In this document: one piece after another, positions 11,425 to 22,378 of the stretch
Layout: each line of letters begins with the position of its first letter
Position numbering within the stretch: the stretch's first letter is position 1
Source of the DNA: Porphyridium purpureum
Lineage: Eukaryota
Reading direction: 5' to 3'
DNA: 64,000 bases
NCBI GenBank assembly: GCA_008690995.1
Contig: VRMN01000013.1
Location: forward strand, 62,001-126,000
The notes under the pieces: generated by a model
Told to the model about the DNA's origin: nothing
Database searches by the model: none
The model's input: the letters and a program-made list of their open reading frames with translations, nothing else
Made by a program: the position numbers and the translations under genes

Positions 11425-13072
11425 CGCTTTCCCCCCTCTCGCACACTCCCTCCCTCTCCCTCTCTCCTCCACTCTCCACTCTTCCTTACTCGCATCGACG
11501 CCCGCGCGTCCCGTCTGCTGGCAATCGCTGTACCCTCGTGATCGGAACTGTACTTCACGAGCAGCGTGTTGCGCGCGCGAGCAGCGTGACGGTGTGGCCC
11601 AGTGGTCGGCCGGGACGCGGGGGAATGTCGCCGAGCGGATGCCGACCCTGTAGACGATGCTCCCGTTCGTGTGCGGAGCAGAGTCCTGGGGCGACGCGCG
11701 CGTGGCAGATGACGGATGACGGACAGTCCGTGGTGGTCGCCCGCGTCGTTGGTTGAGAGCAGCACAGATTGTCGCCGAGCAGATGAAGCACAGAAAAGTG
11801 CGGATTTCCTCGTGTGGTTTGAATCCAGAAGAAGAAGAGGAGGAAGATTCCGCGCAGAGCTGCCCGCTGATGTATTTAAATCCGAAGAAACCATGTGCTA
11901 CTTGAAACCGTGTGCTTCTAGTTGAGGAAACGGCCTCTCACCGCGTGCGAGCTGCAAGTTCATGGCTTTCTGGGATCAGTATCCTGTCGAAGCGTGATTG
12001 ATCATTTGCCACGAAAGTCGGAAGCCTGAGCTTCGCGGCTCCAGAGAGACCAAACAGTTGACGAAGGCGAAGGCTGCACGGCAGGTAGTGAAACCATCAC
12101 AACGGACATGGGGCTGGCGTGCAGGAGGTGGCATCCTGAGACGTCTGTCGCCTTGAGCACACACAAGCGTTTTAGACTCATGCGCTTGTTGCGCTTCTTT
12201 CTTGCCTTTGACGCGCGCTCTGCTACGCACCCTGACTGTGTGGCGTGCAATTATTCAGAAGGTGAATAATTGACGTGCGCCGACAACCGCACCAGCGACG
12301 CCTGCAAAAGCCACTCTTCAATTACATCGCCAACATAATACAAGGGTTTTTTTCTACGGCGGAGAAACGGCAGTCTTTTGGTGGACAAGCCGTGATTTCT
12401 TCAAGTTCTTTCGATGTCTTAAAGATCAATTCATTCCGCTGTTCTGTATGGACAGGCGGTCAGCCGGTGTTTGTGGAAAAAGCGATCAGGCAAAATGGAT
12501 TTATGATGTGAATTACGTCAACACGCATCGCACAAAGAATCGCGCTCTGCAAGCCTTTTGTGGTGTCTCTCTTACAAAAGAAGTGTCTCCAGAAGAGCGT
12601 AATTGTGGCACATATCCTCCACCCATTCAAGAATTTCGTGTTACATGTCAGACCAGATGACTTCATTATCAAATTATGACCCCGCGTGTCCAATGGATTC
12701 TTTAATGAATGCCGGTAATCAGTGCCGCAGACGCTTTAACGCTTGAATTGCTTGCAAAATTTTGTCTCGGCGGCAGAATTTGAGCTTGTTTCGAATGCAG
12801 CGGGCATCCGGAATTCGCCAAGTGATTCGTAATCTTTGACCTCAGAGCTGAGAAGAAAAGCAAGTGTGACTGCTCGACTGCGAAAGGAATAGTCGAGTCC
12901 TTTTGGCGCAGATTTTGGCGCTTCAGACAGGGGAAGCCAAATTGCTGTGTTGGAGCGCTAACTTGCTCTCATTTTTCGGGCGATGCGCGACAAGCGAAGG
13001 GCACAAAGAAGCACCAGATCTCAAAAGCCAGAGCAAAGACATCAACCGATTATTCCACATCTTTCATTTCCG

Positions 13073-15601
13073 CTACAGCTCCTGCTCATCCCCTGCTCCC
13101 GAAGCGTTCGATTTGCCAGACGCGTTGGCCGATTTGCGCTGCCTCAGCGAGGAAAAGTGCGCGTCGACATCGCTGGCCACGTCAAAGCGATCGAGCTCGT
13201 TTGCCGCAAGTTCGTTCGCGCGCTCGGGATCCATTGTGAGCAGGTGCTTCGCATGGTACGAAGGCTTGTCGCCGATGCCAAAGGCAAACGCAATGTCGTA
13301 CTCCTGTCGTGCCAGCGCTTTCTGAACAGGCAGCGGGGTGTCCGGTACGGCAATCGCCAGAAGTCCCTTGATGGCAAATAAGGCCAGAACTATGATGAAG
13401 AACGCAAGCGCTTCATTCGCTGTTGTGACATTCGGAAACAAGATTTTGATGCTGCCGCTGGTGTACACCAAAAGACCGGCGTTGGACAGAACCGCGAGGA
13501 ATGAAACCACTTGCATACAAATATACCACGCACCGATCTCGTCGGCCATGACTGCGAACGTGCGCTGATGAAACATGAGGATCTTGTACGCGTCCGATCT
13601 CACTTCAACGAGGTTGTTAAAAACCGCGAGCAATGGCGCAAGCGGGAAGGCCACCGCAAACAGGGCGACATACCCAAACAGAAGAACAATTTCGTTGTAC
13701 TCGTTGATGACTGCCGTGTACTGTGGCAGATTGGATTCGTCATAATACCGGCTGATCATGTTGCTTCGCGGTTCTTCCTCATTTCCATCGCCTTTCTTGC
13801 CTTTTGCCTTGCACTTTAGAAGGCAGCGTTTGAAGCCAGTGACTAGCCAGGGCACGAGAACCTCGAGCGCCTGGCTGACAGTTACACGCACCGCGAGCAG
13901 CGTCAAAAGTTGAAAGCTGAGGTCAGACATGCAAGTCGGCTCATCCCCGCCGAGCCAACCCTGCGGGCACGGCGATGAAAACTTGCCCACGCCGCTCAGA
14001 AATGGCTTCACAAACGCAAAGAAGATCAGCGACGTATAGTTGGAAAAGAATTGAAAGCCGAAGCGCTTATAGATTAGCGAGTTGACGTACTCCTCGTCGC
14101 TGCGGTGATTCTCCTTGTTCGTGATAATCGTGGAAAGAATGCTCCACACGGCGTCCAGCACAATAATGGCGACGGCATTGATCACGCCTGGCACCATGGC
14201 CGCGATCGGGATATCGCCCAGGCCGTCTATGATGTCTTGACGGAAAAGCAGTAGCCCGACCTGTGCGGCAATGGCACAGCACGCGAAAAATACTGTCAGA
14301 CACGCACTGAGCATGAAAGTATACATTCGCTTGTTTCCCGGGTAGCGCCGAGTCACAACAATGTTGAGCTCGCGCGCCCGTTGGTTTCGCGTTGCGAGCA
14401 ATTCTGGGTCAGCGGCCTGAGTCTGCTTCTTGTTGCTTGCCTCAGGCAACAAGAGGTGGGTCTCGCCAAGCTCAACTAGCTTCTTGTCGAGCAGGTCATC
14501 CAGGTGCACAAAACCGTGCGCAAAGTAGAAACCAGGCTTCTCTGTCCCAACAAACTCCGGTCGGATGTTGTCGGCCTTATCTTCGTCAAAATACACAGTA
14601 CCCCATCTGAAGTTTAGCACGGCGTTCCGGCGCTTCCAGAACTCGTTGAAAAGAGCCGACCAAATCGCCATGATCACACAGTACGCCAGATTGAATCCCG
14701 AAATCACTTTGTCTCCCACATTGACGATGTAAATGATGTATACAGGTGTGCCAAGAATCGACAGAATCCACAAAAACTTTCCCAGGAACGCTGTCCACGC
14801 GAAGTAAATGGCGAGCTGAGAGCCCAGGTACTCGCGCAGCTGGTCGTACGGTGGGTCCCAGAACGGGTTCCACCACTTGTCCCAGACAGCCTTGCGCACC
14901 AAATCGTCCCGCATTTCGGGGTCGTGAAACGCCATGAATTGTAGGAACGATTTGTCGAAGGTCTCCTGCTGTAAGTTGATCCCGCAGCCATTGATATCAT
15001 CCAGTTGAACCGTTGCCTTTGTGATCTGCACGCGCTGCGCGGGTGTGAAGTAGTAGGGCAAATCATCATTTACGTAGCAGTGCTCGCGCTCCTTCTTGAA
15101 CTGCAGATGTCCACCGCCATACTCTTCCTTCAGCTTGCAGCGCCACTCGAGCACTTCGGCCTTCTCCTTCATCTTCTCGATCGGCAGCGAGCACCGCATC
15201 AGAATTTTCGACTTGTCGCGCGAGGTGGTCTGACTAATCGCAAATCCAGCATTCTTGAGCAAAGCATAGATGCGCTTGCGATTTTCATCTCGCTCGTTCC
15301 GCTTCTTGGTGGCTCCTTCTTGATCGCTGTCACTTGACACGTCAAAGGCCGGGTCGCCCTCAAACACAAAGCATACATCCCAGCCTTGCCGCGGCCGCGC
15401 GCCAGGCGCTTCCATGATACCCAAGTCCTTCACGCCATCCGCCTTGGCGCCCTCTGCACCAGGCACCTCTCCGTTAATCAGATCATTTCCCTGCTGGGGC
15501 GCCTCGGCATGCTCCACCCCTGAAGCGAGCGCATCGTGCTGCTCTGCCATTGTGTTGCCAGCTGCTGCGTCACCGTGCATTCGCGATGTCGGCTTGGGCA
15601 T
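13073..15601 (-). CDS. Anoctamin/TMEM16 family Ca2+-activated channel or scramblase
   Basis: LREYLGSQLAIYFAW, FNEFWKRRNA, ENHRSDEEYVNSLIYKRFGFQF, EYNEIVLLFGYVALFAVAFPLAPLLAVFNNLVEVRSDAYK, IGAW. The start could be 15601 or 15550. Confidence 0.93.
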   Translation of the reverse strand: MPKPTSRMHGDAAAGNTMAEQHDALASGVEHAEAPQQGNDLINGEVPGAEGAKADGVKDLGIMEAPGARPRQGWDVCFVFEGDPAFDVSSDSDQEGATKKRNERDENRKRIYALLKNAGFAISQTTSRDKSKILMRCSLPIEKMKEKAEVLEWRCKLKEEYGGGHLQFKKEREHCYVNDDLPYYFTPAQRVQITKATVQLDDINGCGINLQQETFDKSFLQFMAFHDPEMRDDLVRKAVWDKWWNPFWDPPYDQLREYLGSQLAIYFAWTAFLGKFLWILSILGTPVYIIYIVNVGDKVISGFNLAYCVIMAIWSALFNEFWKRRNAVLNFRWGTVYFDEDKADNIRPEFVGTEKPGFYFAHGFVHLDDLLDKKLVELGETHLLLPEASNKKQTQAADPELLATRNQRARELNIVVTRRYPGNKRMYTFMLSACLTVFFACCAIAAQVGLLLFRQDIIDGLGDIPIAAMVPGVINAVAIIVLDAVWSILSTIITNKENHRSDEEYVNSLIYKRFGFQFFSNYTSLIFFAFVKPFLSGVGKFSSPCPQGWLGGDEPTCMSDLSFQLLTLLAVRVTVSQALEVLVPWLVTGFKRCLLKCKAKGKKGDGNEEEPRSNMISRYYDESNLPQYTAVINEYNEIVLLFGYVALFAVAFPLAPLLAVFNNLVEVRSDAYKILMFHQRTFAVMADEIGAWYICMQVVSFLAVLSNAGLLVYTSGSIKILFPNVTTANEALAFFIIVLALFAIKGLLAIAVPDTPLPVQKALARQEYDIAFAFGIGDKPSYHAKHLLTMDPERANELAANELDRFDVASDVDAHFSSLRQRKSANASGKSNASGAGDEQEL

Positions 15602-15815
15602 GCCCCTGTGGGCCTCTGTACCTGTCAGTCGCACTGACGGCCTCCCCCTTTGGCACCTCCCCGCGTGACCCCGCTGTCAGCTCTGCTCACCACAATGGCT
15701 GCCTAAAAATGAACGCGGGCGCGGGACGCTGACACAGAAGAGTGTGTGAATTTTTATCTAGTCAATAATTCAAGGTGCTGAGCTGACTTGACGGCGCTGG
15801 CGCTGGGTACACACT

Positions 15816-16922
15816 TTACTGGAAGCCGCCAAATGCGACCTGCAGGCTTTGCTCATCGATGACGTACATTCGTTGAGCCGGGGATGAGCCGGCACCCAGC
15901 TCGCCCTCGTACATGTCGAAACGAACCACGCCAGCGTTGGACAGTTTCCGGGATTTGCCTTGAAAGGTCGAGCTTCCAGGCAGAAAGGTGCGCATCAAAA
16001 ACCGGAAATACAGGCTGTGTCCACCCGCCACAACGATGCACGCCTCGGGCCGCTCGAACGCCCACGCAAGGAACGACATCATGCGCTTGAGCCCATTCGA
16101 GTCTACGGGCTTATTACCAGTGTTCATGGACACATCGAAACTACCGCTCGGGTTACTGCTTTTGAAGCTTTTCGGGAAGTATTGTGCCACGTTGGCACCA
16201 AATTCGGGAACAGCGTGCTTCTCCGCGAGAGGAATACCGTCGACGTTGACAGTTACTTCCTGGAGCGCAGTCAAGACGTGCAACGGCTCTTCGGTCAATT
16301 CAAATCGCTTGGTAAGCCCGATCAGTGCGGTCTCCATGCTACGGCGCAGGTTGCTGCACGTCACGACTGATGGTAATGATCCCTTTCCGGCGAGGATCTT
16401 GAGCGTGTCGCTTGTACCTGTCGATGCGTCGTCACGAAGAGCGTCCGCCAGCTCCAGTGACTGCGCAATACCGGTATCACTTAGGCTCGAATCGAAGAAC
16501 ACCGAATCTCCGGTGACAAGCAGTCTGAGCTCGCGCACCAGCGCAGCGAAAAGGCGGCCAGGAAAGTCCGCGCCAAAACCTCGATTGAACACCTCGTTCC
16601 AGTCGGACTCGCCATGCCGTATGTAGATGATGGTCTTGCACCTTGCGCCTGGAGGGATCCGTGCGTCCGCAGCGTCTGGAAGCTTTGCCCACTTTTTATC
16701 TTTGGAGAGCATCATTTGCAGCGCGCCGTCCTTGATCATGACCAACTTCCTGACCACGCACGCGGCCTCCGGCACGGAGCGGGCGGCCACAAGCAAGGCG
16801 AGCGACGCACCCACAGCAGTCAAGAGCGCGCAACCCGCCACCAGCGCAAACACTGGCGCGTGCCATCCCTCCTGCTGCAGCATATTCTTCACGAAGAAGT
16901 CCGCCTCCCACAGCCACCCCAT
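15816..16922 (-). CDS. Histidine phosphatase (phosphoglycerate-mutase-like) with N-terminal membrane anchor
   Basis: IIYIRHGES motif, SNLRRSMETA, LQE, VVAGGHS. Hydrophobic N-terminal segment. Confidence 0.85.
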   Translation of the reverse strand: MGWLWEADFFVKNMLQQEGWHAPVFALVAGCALLTAVGASLALLVAARSVPEAACVVRKLVMIKDGALQMMLSKDKKWAKLPDAADARIPPGARCKTIIYIRHGESDWNEVFNRGFGADFPGRLFAALVRELRLLVTGDSVFFDSSLSDTGIAQSLELADALRDDASTGTSDTLKILAGKGSLPSVVTCSNLRRSMETALIGLTKRFELTEEPLHVLTALQEVTVNVDGIPLAEKHAVPEFGANVAQYFPKSFKSSNPSGSFDVSMNTGNKPVDSNGLKRMMSFLAWAFERPEACIVVAGGHSLYFRFLMRTFLPGSSTFQGKSRKLSNAGVVRFDMYEGELGAGSSPAQRMYVIDEQSLQVAFGGFQ

Positions 16923-17185
16923 CGCGCCGCTACCTGCTGGCGCTGCTGCGTCTCTTCGCAAGCCGAACCGTCCACTCAAAGCCACAGATCCTCACTGATG
17001 CGCACGCAACATCGAAGCGCATGAAGACCGCCACGCCGCTCCGCCCACCCGCCTCGATCGTCCCTTTCCCAACCACACCGTCTCGTTCTCCCTCCCTCCC
17101 TCTCTCCAACCCCACTCGGAACGCACACACCCACGTCCTCCAATCCTCCGACACAATCCCCCACCCGACTAGGAGACAGAACGGT

Positions 17186-17233
17186 TTACCGGCTTACCGG
17201 CTTACCGGCTTACCGGCTTACCGGCTTACCGGC
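17186..17233. repeat. Perfect 8-bp tandem repeat (TTACCGGC)x6
   Basis: Six exact copies in the divergent spacer between the phosphatase and thioredoxin genes. Confidence 0.95.
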
Positions 17234-17526
17234 TTGAGGAGGCAAGGGGTATTGGACTGTACTCATGTTACACAACGCGAAATAACGCTGTACCTCCTCC
17301 TCGAGTCGCACAGCGGTGCGCTCGGAGATTGAGCGCCGCGGCAGGAAAGCCGGCGGGCGGGGGCTTGTGGGTGAGGGAGACACAACAGAGAAAGCAGGCT
17401 GCTCTTGCGCTGGCAAGGTTGAGGTGGCTTTGGCTCGCGCCTCGCGGTGGCTGGACTGTCACTTCGCTGGAAAGAATTGTTCACAGGCGCGTGAGAGTGG
17501 CCGCGAGAGAGAGAGTTGGGGTCAGG

Positions 17527-18156
17527 ATGTGGACGCCCTGCGCTGCGTTTCTGTTGCCGGCAGGTGTGAGAGGTGGGAGTGATGTGCCACGGTTGCGGCG
17601 TGGATGTGGACGTGGAATAGGGCCAATTGGACAGCTGGAGGCTGTCGTCGGAGCGCGAGCGCGCGTGCGCGTGCAGAATGTGGCGGTCGCCGAGGCGGAA
17701 CGCGGCGTGAGTGAGGGCGAGAGTCAGCGTGTGACGCCGCAGGATATTCTGAGCCGCCGCAACGAGCAGGCAGTAGTGGTGCCAGTCGCTGGGCCGGCCG
17801 AGTTTCTGGCCGCCATGGAGTGCTCCGCAAAGCAGCTCGTGGTGGTCAAATTCTACGCGCCGTGGTGCAAGTCGTGCGCCGAAATCGAGCCCAAGTTTCG
17901 CCGCTACGCGCACGAGTACCCTGAGTTTCTGTTTTGCGAGGTGGACCTGCAAGAGAACAAGGACATGTGCCGACGCGTGGGCGTGTCCGCGCTGCCGTTC
18001 TTCCAATTCTACGACGGAGGCGCTGGAAAATGCGAGAGTTTCTCCGCGGGACCGAAGCGATTTAACGACCTGGTGGTTGCGAAGCTGCAAGAGTATTCGA
18101 CTGGCAAGTGCGATCTTGCCAATCATCCGGAGGAAGCGCCAGTTTCCTCGCATTGA
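17527..18156 (+). CDS. Atypical thioredoxin (WCKSC), probably plastid-targeted
   Basis: LVVVKFYAPWCKSC...FCEVD...VSALPFFQFY. N-terminal MWTPCAAF and an Arg-rich transit-like peptide. Confidence 0.88.
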   Translation: MWTPCAAFLLPAGVRGGSDVPRLRRGCGRGIGPIGQLEAVVGARARVRVQNVAVAEAERGVSEGESQRVTPQDILSRRNEQAVVVPVAGPAEFLAAMECSAKQLVVVKFYAPWCKSCAEIEPKFRRYAHEYPEFLFCEVDLQENKDMCRRVGVSALPFFQFYDGGAGKCESFSAGPKRFNDLVVAKLQEYSTGKCDLANHPEEAPVSSH

Positions 18157-18557
18157 GCCTGAGCCAAGAGCGAACGGCAGACCATCGTCAGACGTAAAGC
18201 TCCTTCTTTTCGCCGCCTCCTTGTCGACCCGAACAACCAACCATGCCGCCACAAACTGTACACCCGGCGCTCCTACGTCGTCGCGACATACGGCTGTGCC
18301 GCTCTGGAGAGAAAAGACAGAGCCGCGCGTGGGTCGGAGTGGATCTGGCTTCGCTATCGTGTGAGTGACTGGATCGCAACCGCAACATCAGCGCGCGTGG
18401 AGTCGCAGATCGTCCGCATTGGGCGTTATCTTCAAGTGGTGGACGCGCAGCGGTCTGCTCCGTCTAAAACACGGCATCGTGCTCGACGCACGGCCCGCGC
18501 TTTCGGCGAGTGTTGACGCAAGGAGGGCAACCCAAGTAGCGCAGGCTGATCTTCCGA

Positions 18558-21248
18558 ATGTGGACCGTGAGGGTCGCGGTTGTTCGCTTGGAGCGCGGCA
18601 TCCGTGCGATTCGCGAGCTTAGTGGTGTTCGTGGAGTCTGCCAGTCGCGATGCGGAGGACTTGATTCTGATGTGGTCGTACAAGTACAGAGGTTTTCGAC
18701 TCTGTCACGAGTGTCCCGATGGGGTAGCGCGGGTACCCGCACCTGGACTGAGGCGAGATCAATCGGTGACGCTGGCATAAGAACCGGACGGACGCAGCCA
18801 GTTTCTCCGAATGGTATAATATTGGCATCTGCCACGACCGCGGCGGTCGCCGTGGCTGCTTGCTGGATTTCCGCGTCTTTAGCGAGCACGGCCACTATGC
18901 CCGCATCGCCTCTTCATATGCATTGTGATTCTGCTTCATCTCCTACGTCCGTTTCAGGTTTGGACGCCCTGGCCAAGGGACTGACGAGCGAGGAGACAAA
19001 ACCAGCTGAGCGCGTTGCGATTCTACAAGACCTGAACGCTGTGTGCATCCACATTGATAACCACGCTCAGCTGCTGCGCGCGGGCTTGGTTCCTATATTG
19101 TTGGATCGATTGTTATCATTGAGCAAATCGCAAACAGACGAAGAGCAAGACGCATCTACATTACAGAAGGAGTCAGATTTGACGGCCGAAGTCCTGGCTT
19201 CGCTCGCCGTTACCCCCGATGCCGTGCCGGTATACCTCGAAGCTGGCGCAGTGGAATTGCTGCTGCGCCTGCTTTCAGAGTCGATTGCGGCTTTCACGTC
19301 CTCAATGTCGTCGTCCGCCGTTTCTTGGTTGCAGCCCTGGAAGTGGAAGAGGGACTCCACAAATGCGGGGTCGTCGGAGAGTACGAGCGCGGACGCAGCA
19401 GGGGTCGTCCCGCTCAACACCCCAGCGACACAGCAGTATGTACGGTGCATAGCGTTTCTGCTAAGGAGCGGGCGCGGTGCGCCGGAGCACGTGCTCGCAC
19501 ATTCAGAAAGCACTGCTGCACCATCTGTGCTATGCTCGTTGCTCCAGCACACTGCCGATGCGGAGACTCGCAGGTACGCCATGCTTGCAGTGGCGCTTCT
19601 TTGCCCATTGCAGGCAGACTCTGTCATTCAGTGTGGTGGTCTTCGCCGCATGATCGAACTCATATCATCCGCTCAGTTCCAGACAGATGACGTGCTTCAG
19701 TGGTATGTCACGGGAGGCTTGCATCAGCTGTCCAAGGACGCAGCCATCTACAAGGCCCTGCTGAAACACAAAGTGGTCCCGGCGCTTTGCAACTTTCTCG
19801 GGATCTCTTCTGCAGGAGCTCCCAACCCACAAGCCGAAACGTACGCCGTGCGGGCACTACGGAACCTGCTTATCGCTGACTCGCCTGAAGGTGCGGCGCT
19901 TCGAAAGTCTGCGGCTTCAGAGTATGCAGGTGCGGCGTTGTGCAATGTTTTGAACGGCACGGAAAGGAATCCAGGTTTGCTGCGTGCGACATGCGTTTCA
20001 ATCCAGGAGGTTGCGGCGTTCCTGCAGACAAAAATGGATGGCAAGGCCGACAAGCGAATAGCTACCACCACCACTGAAAGAAACAGTGCGACACAGATAT
20101 TGACCAGCATGGTCGTCGGAGCCGGTGATTCCGGTGGCGCGATCTCTCGCCTGCTGGCGCTCGCGTCGTCACGCGATATTGCCCCGCGCGTGCATACTGC
20201 GGCGCTGCTGGCAATGCGGGAGCTCTGCTTGGCTGCGCAGGGCGGCGCCGTGCAAGGTATGGATGCCGTTTTGCGGGTGAATAACTCTGCTGCCATTCGT
20301 GTGCTCGTACAGGATGCGCAATCGAAGGATGCCACGATTGCGCTCGCCGCCATGGAATGCGGCGCCGCGTTGACCGAGTGGGGTCCGGTGGCTGAGGTAT
20401 CAGGAGACTTGATAACGCTCTTGTGCAGCGCGGCTGGTGCTGTTTCCGGCACGGCGGCGACGCGAGCGCTCGTGTCAATCTTTGCACACTGCTCCAGGTA
20501 CGAAACCCCAAGACGGCTGATCGGGTACGAAGGTGGGCTGGCCAAGCTGGTTCAAATCTTGAACGAACCGTCGTTTCAAAGCGACACCGTTATTTTCCGC
20601 GACGGGCTACGCGCGCTGTATAATTTGAGCACCTCGCCACTGTTCAAACTCATGGTAGCGCAGAGAGGGGGGCTGGAATTGTTCGCTCGCGGCGCGCACA
20701 GCGCGGATCCTCTCACGCGCAAGTACGCACACTGTGCGCTCGCGGCGCTTCTTGACCGGCCGGAGTATATAGCGCGTGTCGCCGAGCTCAACGTTGCACC
20801 ACCGCTGGCACATGCAGTACTTTCTGCTGGCTCGGCTACGAAAACAAAGAGCGATGATAAGGGCAGTGCAGATGCTGCAGGTATTGCTCACTGCAGCCTA
20901 CTCGCGCTGGCACAGCTCACAAACATGCCTGACCAGCTGTCGACACTGGCGTTATCCGGTGCGCCTGCGGCGTTTTCTAGCGCTCTGGCAAGTGCCGTGG
21001 CCAAGGGAAACGCCCCTCAATACGAACTCGAGTACATTCTCGTCGCGCTTTGTAATCTTTCGAGCACGGAAGCTGGCCGCAAGGCACTGGGAAGGACCAA
21101 TATTAAGAAGGATCTCATGACGGTCACGACATCGTTTTTGTACGCTGGCATGATCCAGAATATGGCGGCGACCGTGCTGGAAAATCTGACTTCAAATGCG
21201 GCCATTGTTGCGCCCGTCATTCCGCAGCAGCCATTCCCAGTTTTGTAG
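18558..21248 (+). CDS. Armadillo-repeat protein with organellar-targeting-like N-terminus and hydrophobic segment
   Basis: 896-aa ORF with recurrent ARM-like units (LLRAGLVPILL, YLEAGAVELLLRLL, IQCGGLRRMIEL, GYEGGLAKLVQIL, ALYNLS, ALCNLS). Confidence 0.82.
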   Translation: MWTVRVAVVRLERGIRAIRELSGVRGVCQSRCGGLDSDVVVQVQRFSTLSRVSRWGSAGTRTWTEARSIGDAGIRTGRTQPVSPNGIILASATTAAVAVAACWISASLASTATMPASPLHMHCDSASSPTSVSGLDALAKGLTSEETKPAERVAILQDLNAVCIHIDNHAQLLRAGLVPILLDRLLSLSKSQTDEEQDASTLQKESDLTAEVLASLAVTPDAVPVYLEAGAVELLLRLLSESIAAFTSSMSSSAVSWLQPWKWKRDSTNAGSSESTSADAAGVVPLNTPATQQYVRCIAFLLRSGRGAPEHVLAHSESTAAPSVLCSLLQHTADAETRRYAMLAVALLCPLQADSVIQCGGLRRMIELISSAQFQTDDVLQWYVTGGLHQLSKDAAIYKALLKHKVVPALCNFLGISSAGAPNPQAETYAVRALRNLLIADSPEGAALRKSAASEYAGAALCNVLNGTERNPGLLRATCVSIQEVAAFLQTKMDGKADKRIATTTTERNSATQILTSMVVGAGDSGGAISRLLALASSRDIAPRVHTAALLAMRELCLAAQGGAVQGMDAVLRVNNSAAIRVLVQDAQSKDATIALAAMECGAALTEWGPVAEVSGDLITLLCSAAGAVSGTAATRALVSIFAHCSRYETPRRLIGYEGGLAKLVQILNEPSFQSDTVIFRDGLRALYNLSTSPLFKLMVAQRGGLELFARGAHSADPLTRKYAHCALAALLDRPEYIARVAELNVAPPLAHAVLSAGSATKTKSDDKGSADAAGIAHCSLLALAQLTNMPDQLSTLALSGAPAAFSSALASAVAKGNAPQYELEYILVALCNLSSTEAGRKALGRTNIKKDLMTVTTSFLYAGMIQNMAATVLENLTSNAAIVAPVIPQQPFPVL

Positions 21249-21466
21249 CGTGGGCACGCGGGCGTCGATTGTCCCAAGGGTCCCCTGATTGTATATACGG
21301 AAGCAGTAACACAACATCGCGAATAGCCATGGACATGGCACAGTGGGAGTTTCTCGACTACTTTTATTCTCAGCAAGGTCACAGCGTCGACTCGCGGTGC
21401 CGGCAACAGAACGTCAGTTTTCGCGCCGGCTTGAAAGGTCCTCTTTTATACATTCCGCTCCGAGTT

Positions 21467-22378
21467 TTACTCCTGCAAGAGTTGGTCGGTGGCGTTGAGC
21501 AGATACGAAAGCGTTTCGGGCGACGCCCGACCGCAGGCTCGCCAGCGTATGCGCGCTGATCGATCAAGTAAGAGCACATGCCCGTAGAGTCGGTTCTTGT
21601 GTGCAAGCAAAGAAATAAGTTCTGGATTCGAATCATTAAAGGAAAGCACAAAGTCGTGTTCTTCTTTGGGCACCATGGTGCGCAAGCGATGCTGTGCCCA
21701 GCCAGATAGTGCCTGAAATACAAAGGACTCATTAATGATGAGTTGGAACACTTGCGCCGATCCGTAGGGAGCAAACTGGACGTGCTTTTTGAAAGGCACC
21801 GACCAGCTCGCTACCTGCTCACTGGCTCCCTCACGAAATAAGACGCACACGAGATTTGCGCGTGCCTTTAGCGCATCGTCCTGAATCACCACGCGGTGCG
21901 TACTCAGCGAGGTGGTCTTGAAACGCGGGATGACCGGCGCTTCGCTCGCGGGGATGATGTCTGGTCCCTGGTTGAAGCCTTTCTGGTCGTGATCATTGGC
22001 CAATTCGCGCAGGTCATCAAAGTACCCGGTGCGCTTCTCGACCCCGAAGAACATTTTCTTCAGCCCCGAACCTTCGCGCTTCTCCTCGTCCTCGCCAGAT
22101 GCCTGCTTCGCCTCACCGGACAACGCCCTCGAGCGCACTGCGCCATGCACACCCGCAGCCGAGCTCCCTGCCTGCACGCCGCCTTTCTCCCTCAGACGCT
22201 TCGCGCCCGCGCAAACGAGCACGCCGCGCTCCGCCTGGGCGGCGTGCAGCGTTTGCAGGAGATTCGCTCCCACATGACACAGCGCACGATTCCGCGGCGC
22301 GACCGCCGCAAGTCCGCACTGACACCCGTCTGCCCCCACCCGCGCCCACAGGCGCCGCATCCCGCGTCGAAGCAACAT
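21467..22378 (-). CDS. ATP10: Mitochondrial ATP synthase assembly factor ATP10
   Basis: C-terminal NRLYGHVLLLDRSARIRWRACGRASPE matches the ATP10 signature. Arg-rich presequence from ATG 22378. Confidence 0.85.
   Translation of the reverse strand: MLLRRGMRRLWARVGADGCQCGLAAVAPRNRALCHVGANLLQTLHAAQAERGVLVCAGAKRLREKGGVQAGSSAAGVHGAVRSRALSGEAKQASGEDEEKREGSGLKKMFFGVEKRTGYFDDLRELANDHDQKGFNQGPDIIPASEAPVIPRFKTTSLSTHRVVIQDDALKARANLVCVLFREGASEQVASWSVPFKKHVQFAPYGSAQVFQLIINESFVFQALSGWAQHRLRTMVPKEEHDFVLSFNDSNPELISLLAHKNRLYGHVLLLDRSARIRWRACGRASPETLSYLLNATDQLLQE

Noticed and set aside
11425..11894. Upstream exon and intron (GTAAGG at 11489) for FtsH
   Set aside because: No suitable acceptor was evident, and a one-base indel joining ATG 11424 explains the N-terminus more simply.
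11900..13050. AT-richer spacer with several short ORFs, possible transposon relic
   Set aside because: No terminal repeats and no RT, integrase or transposase motifs recognisable.
17186..17233. Short tandem repeats as a CRISPR-like array (also 4476, 51823, 62741)
   Set aside because: Head-to-tail repeats without unique spacers, no cas genes, eukaryotic context.
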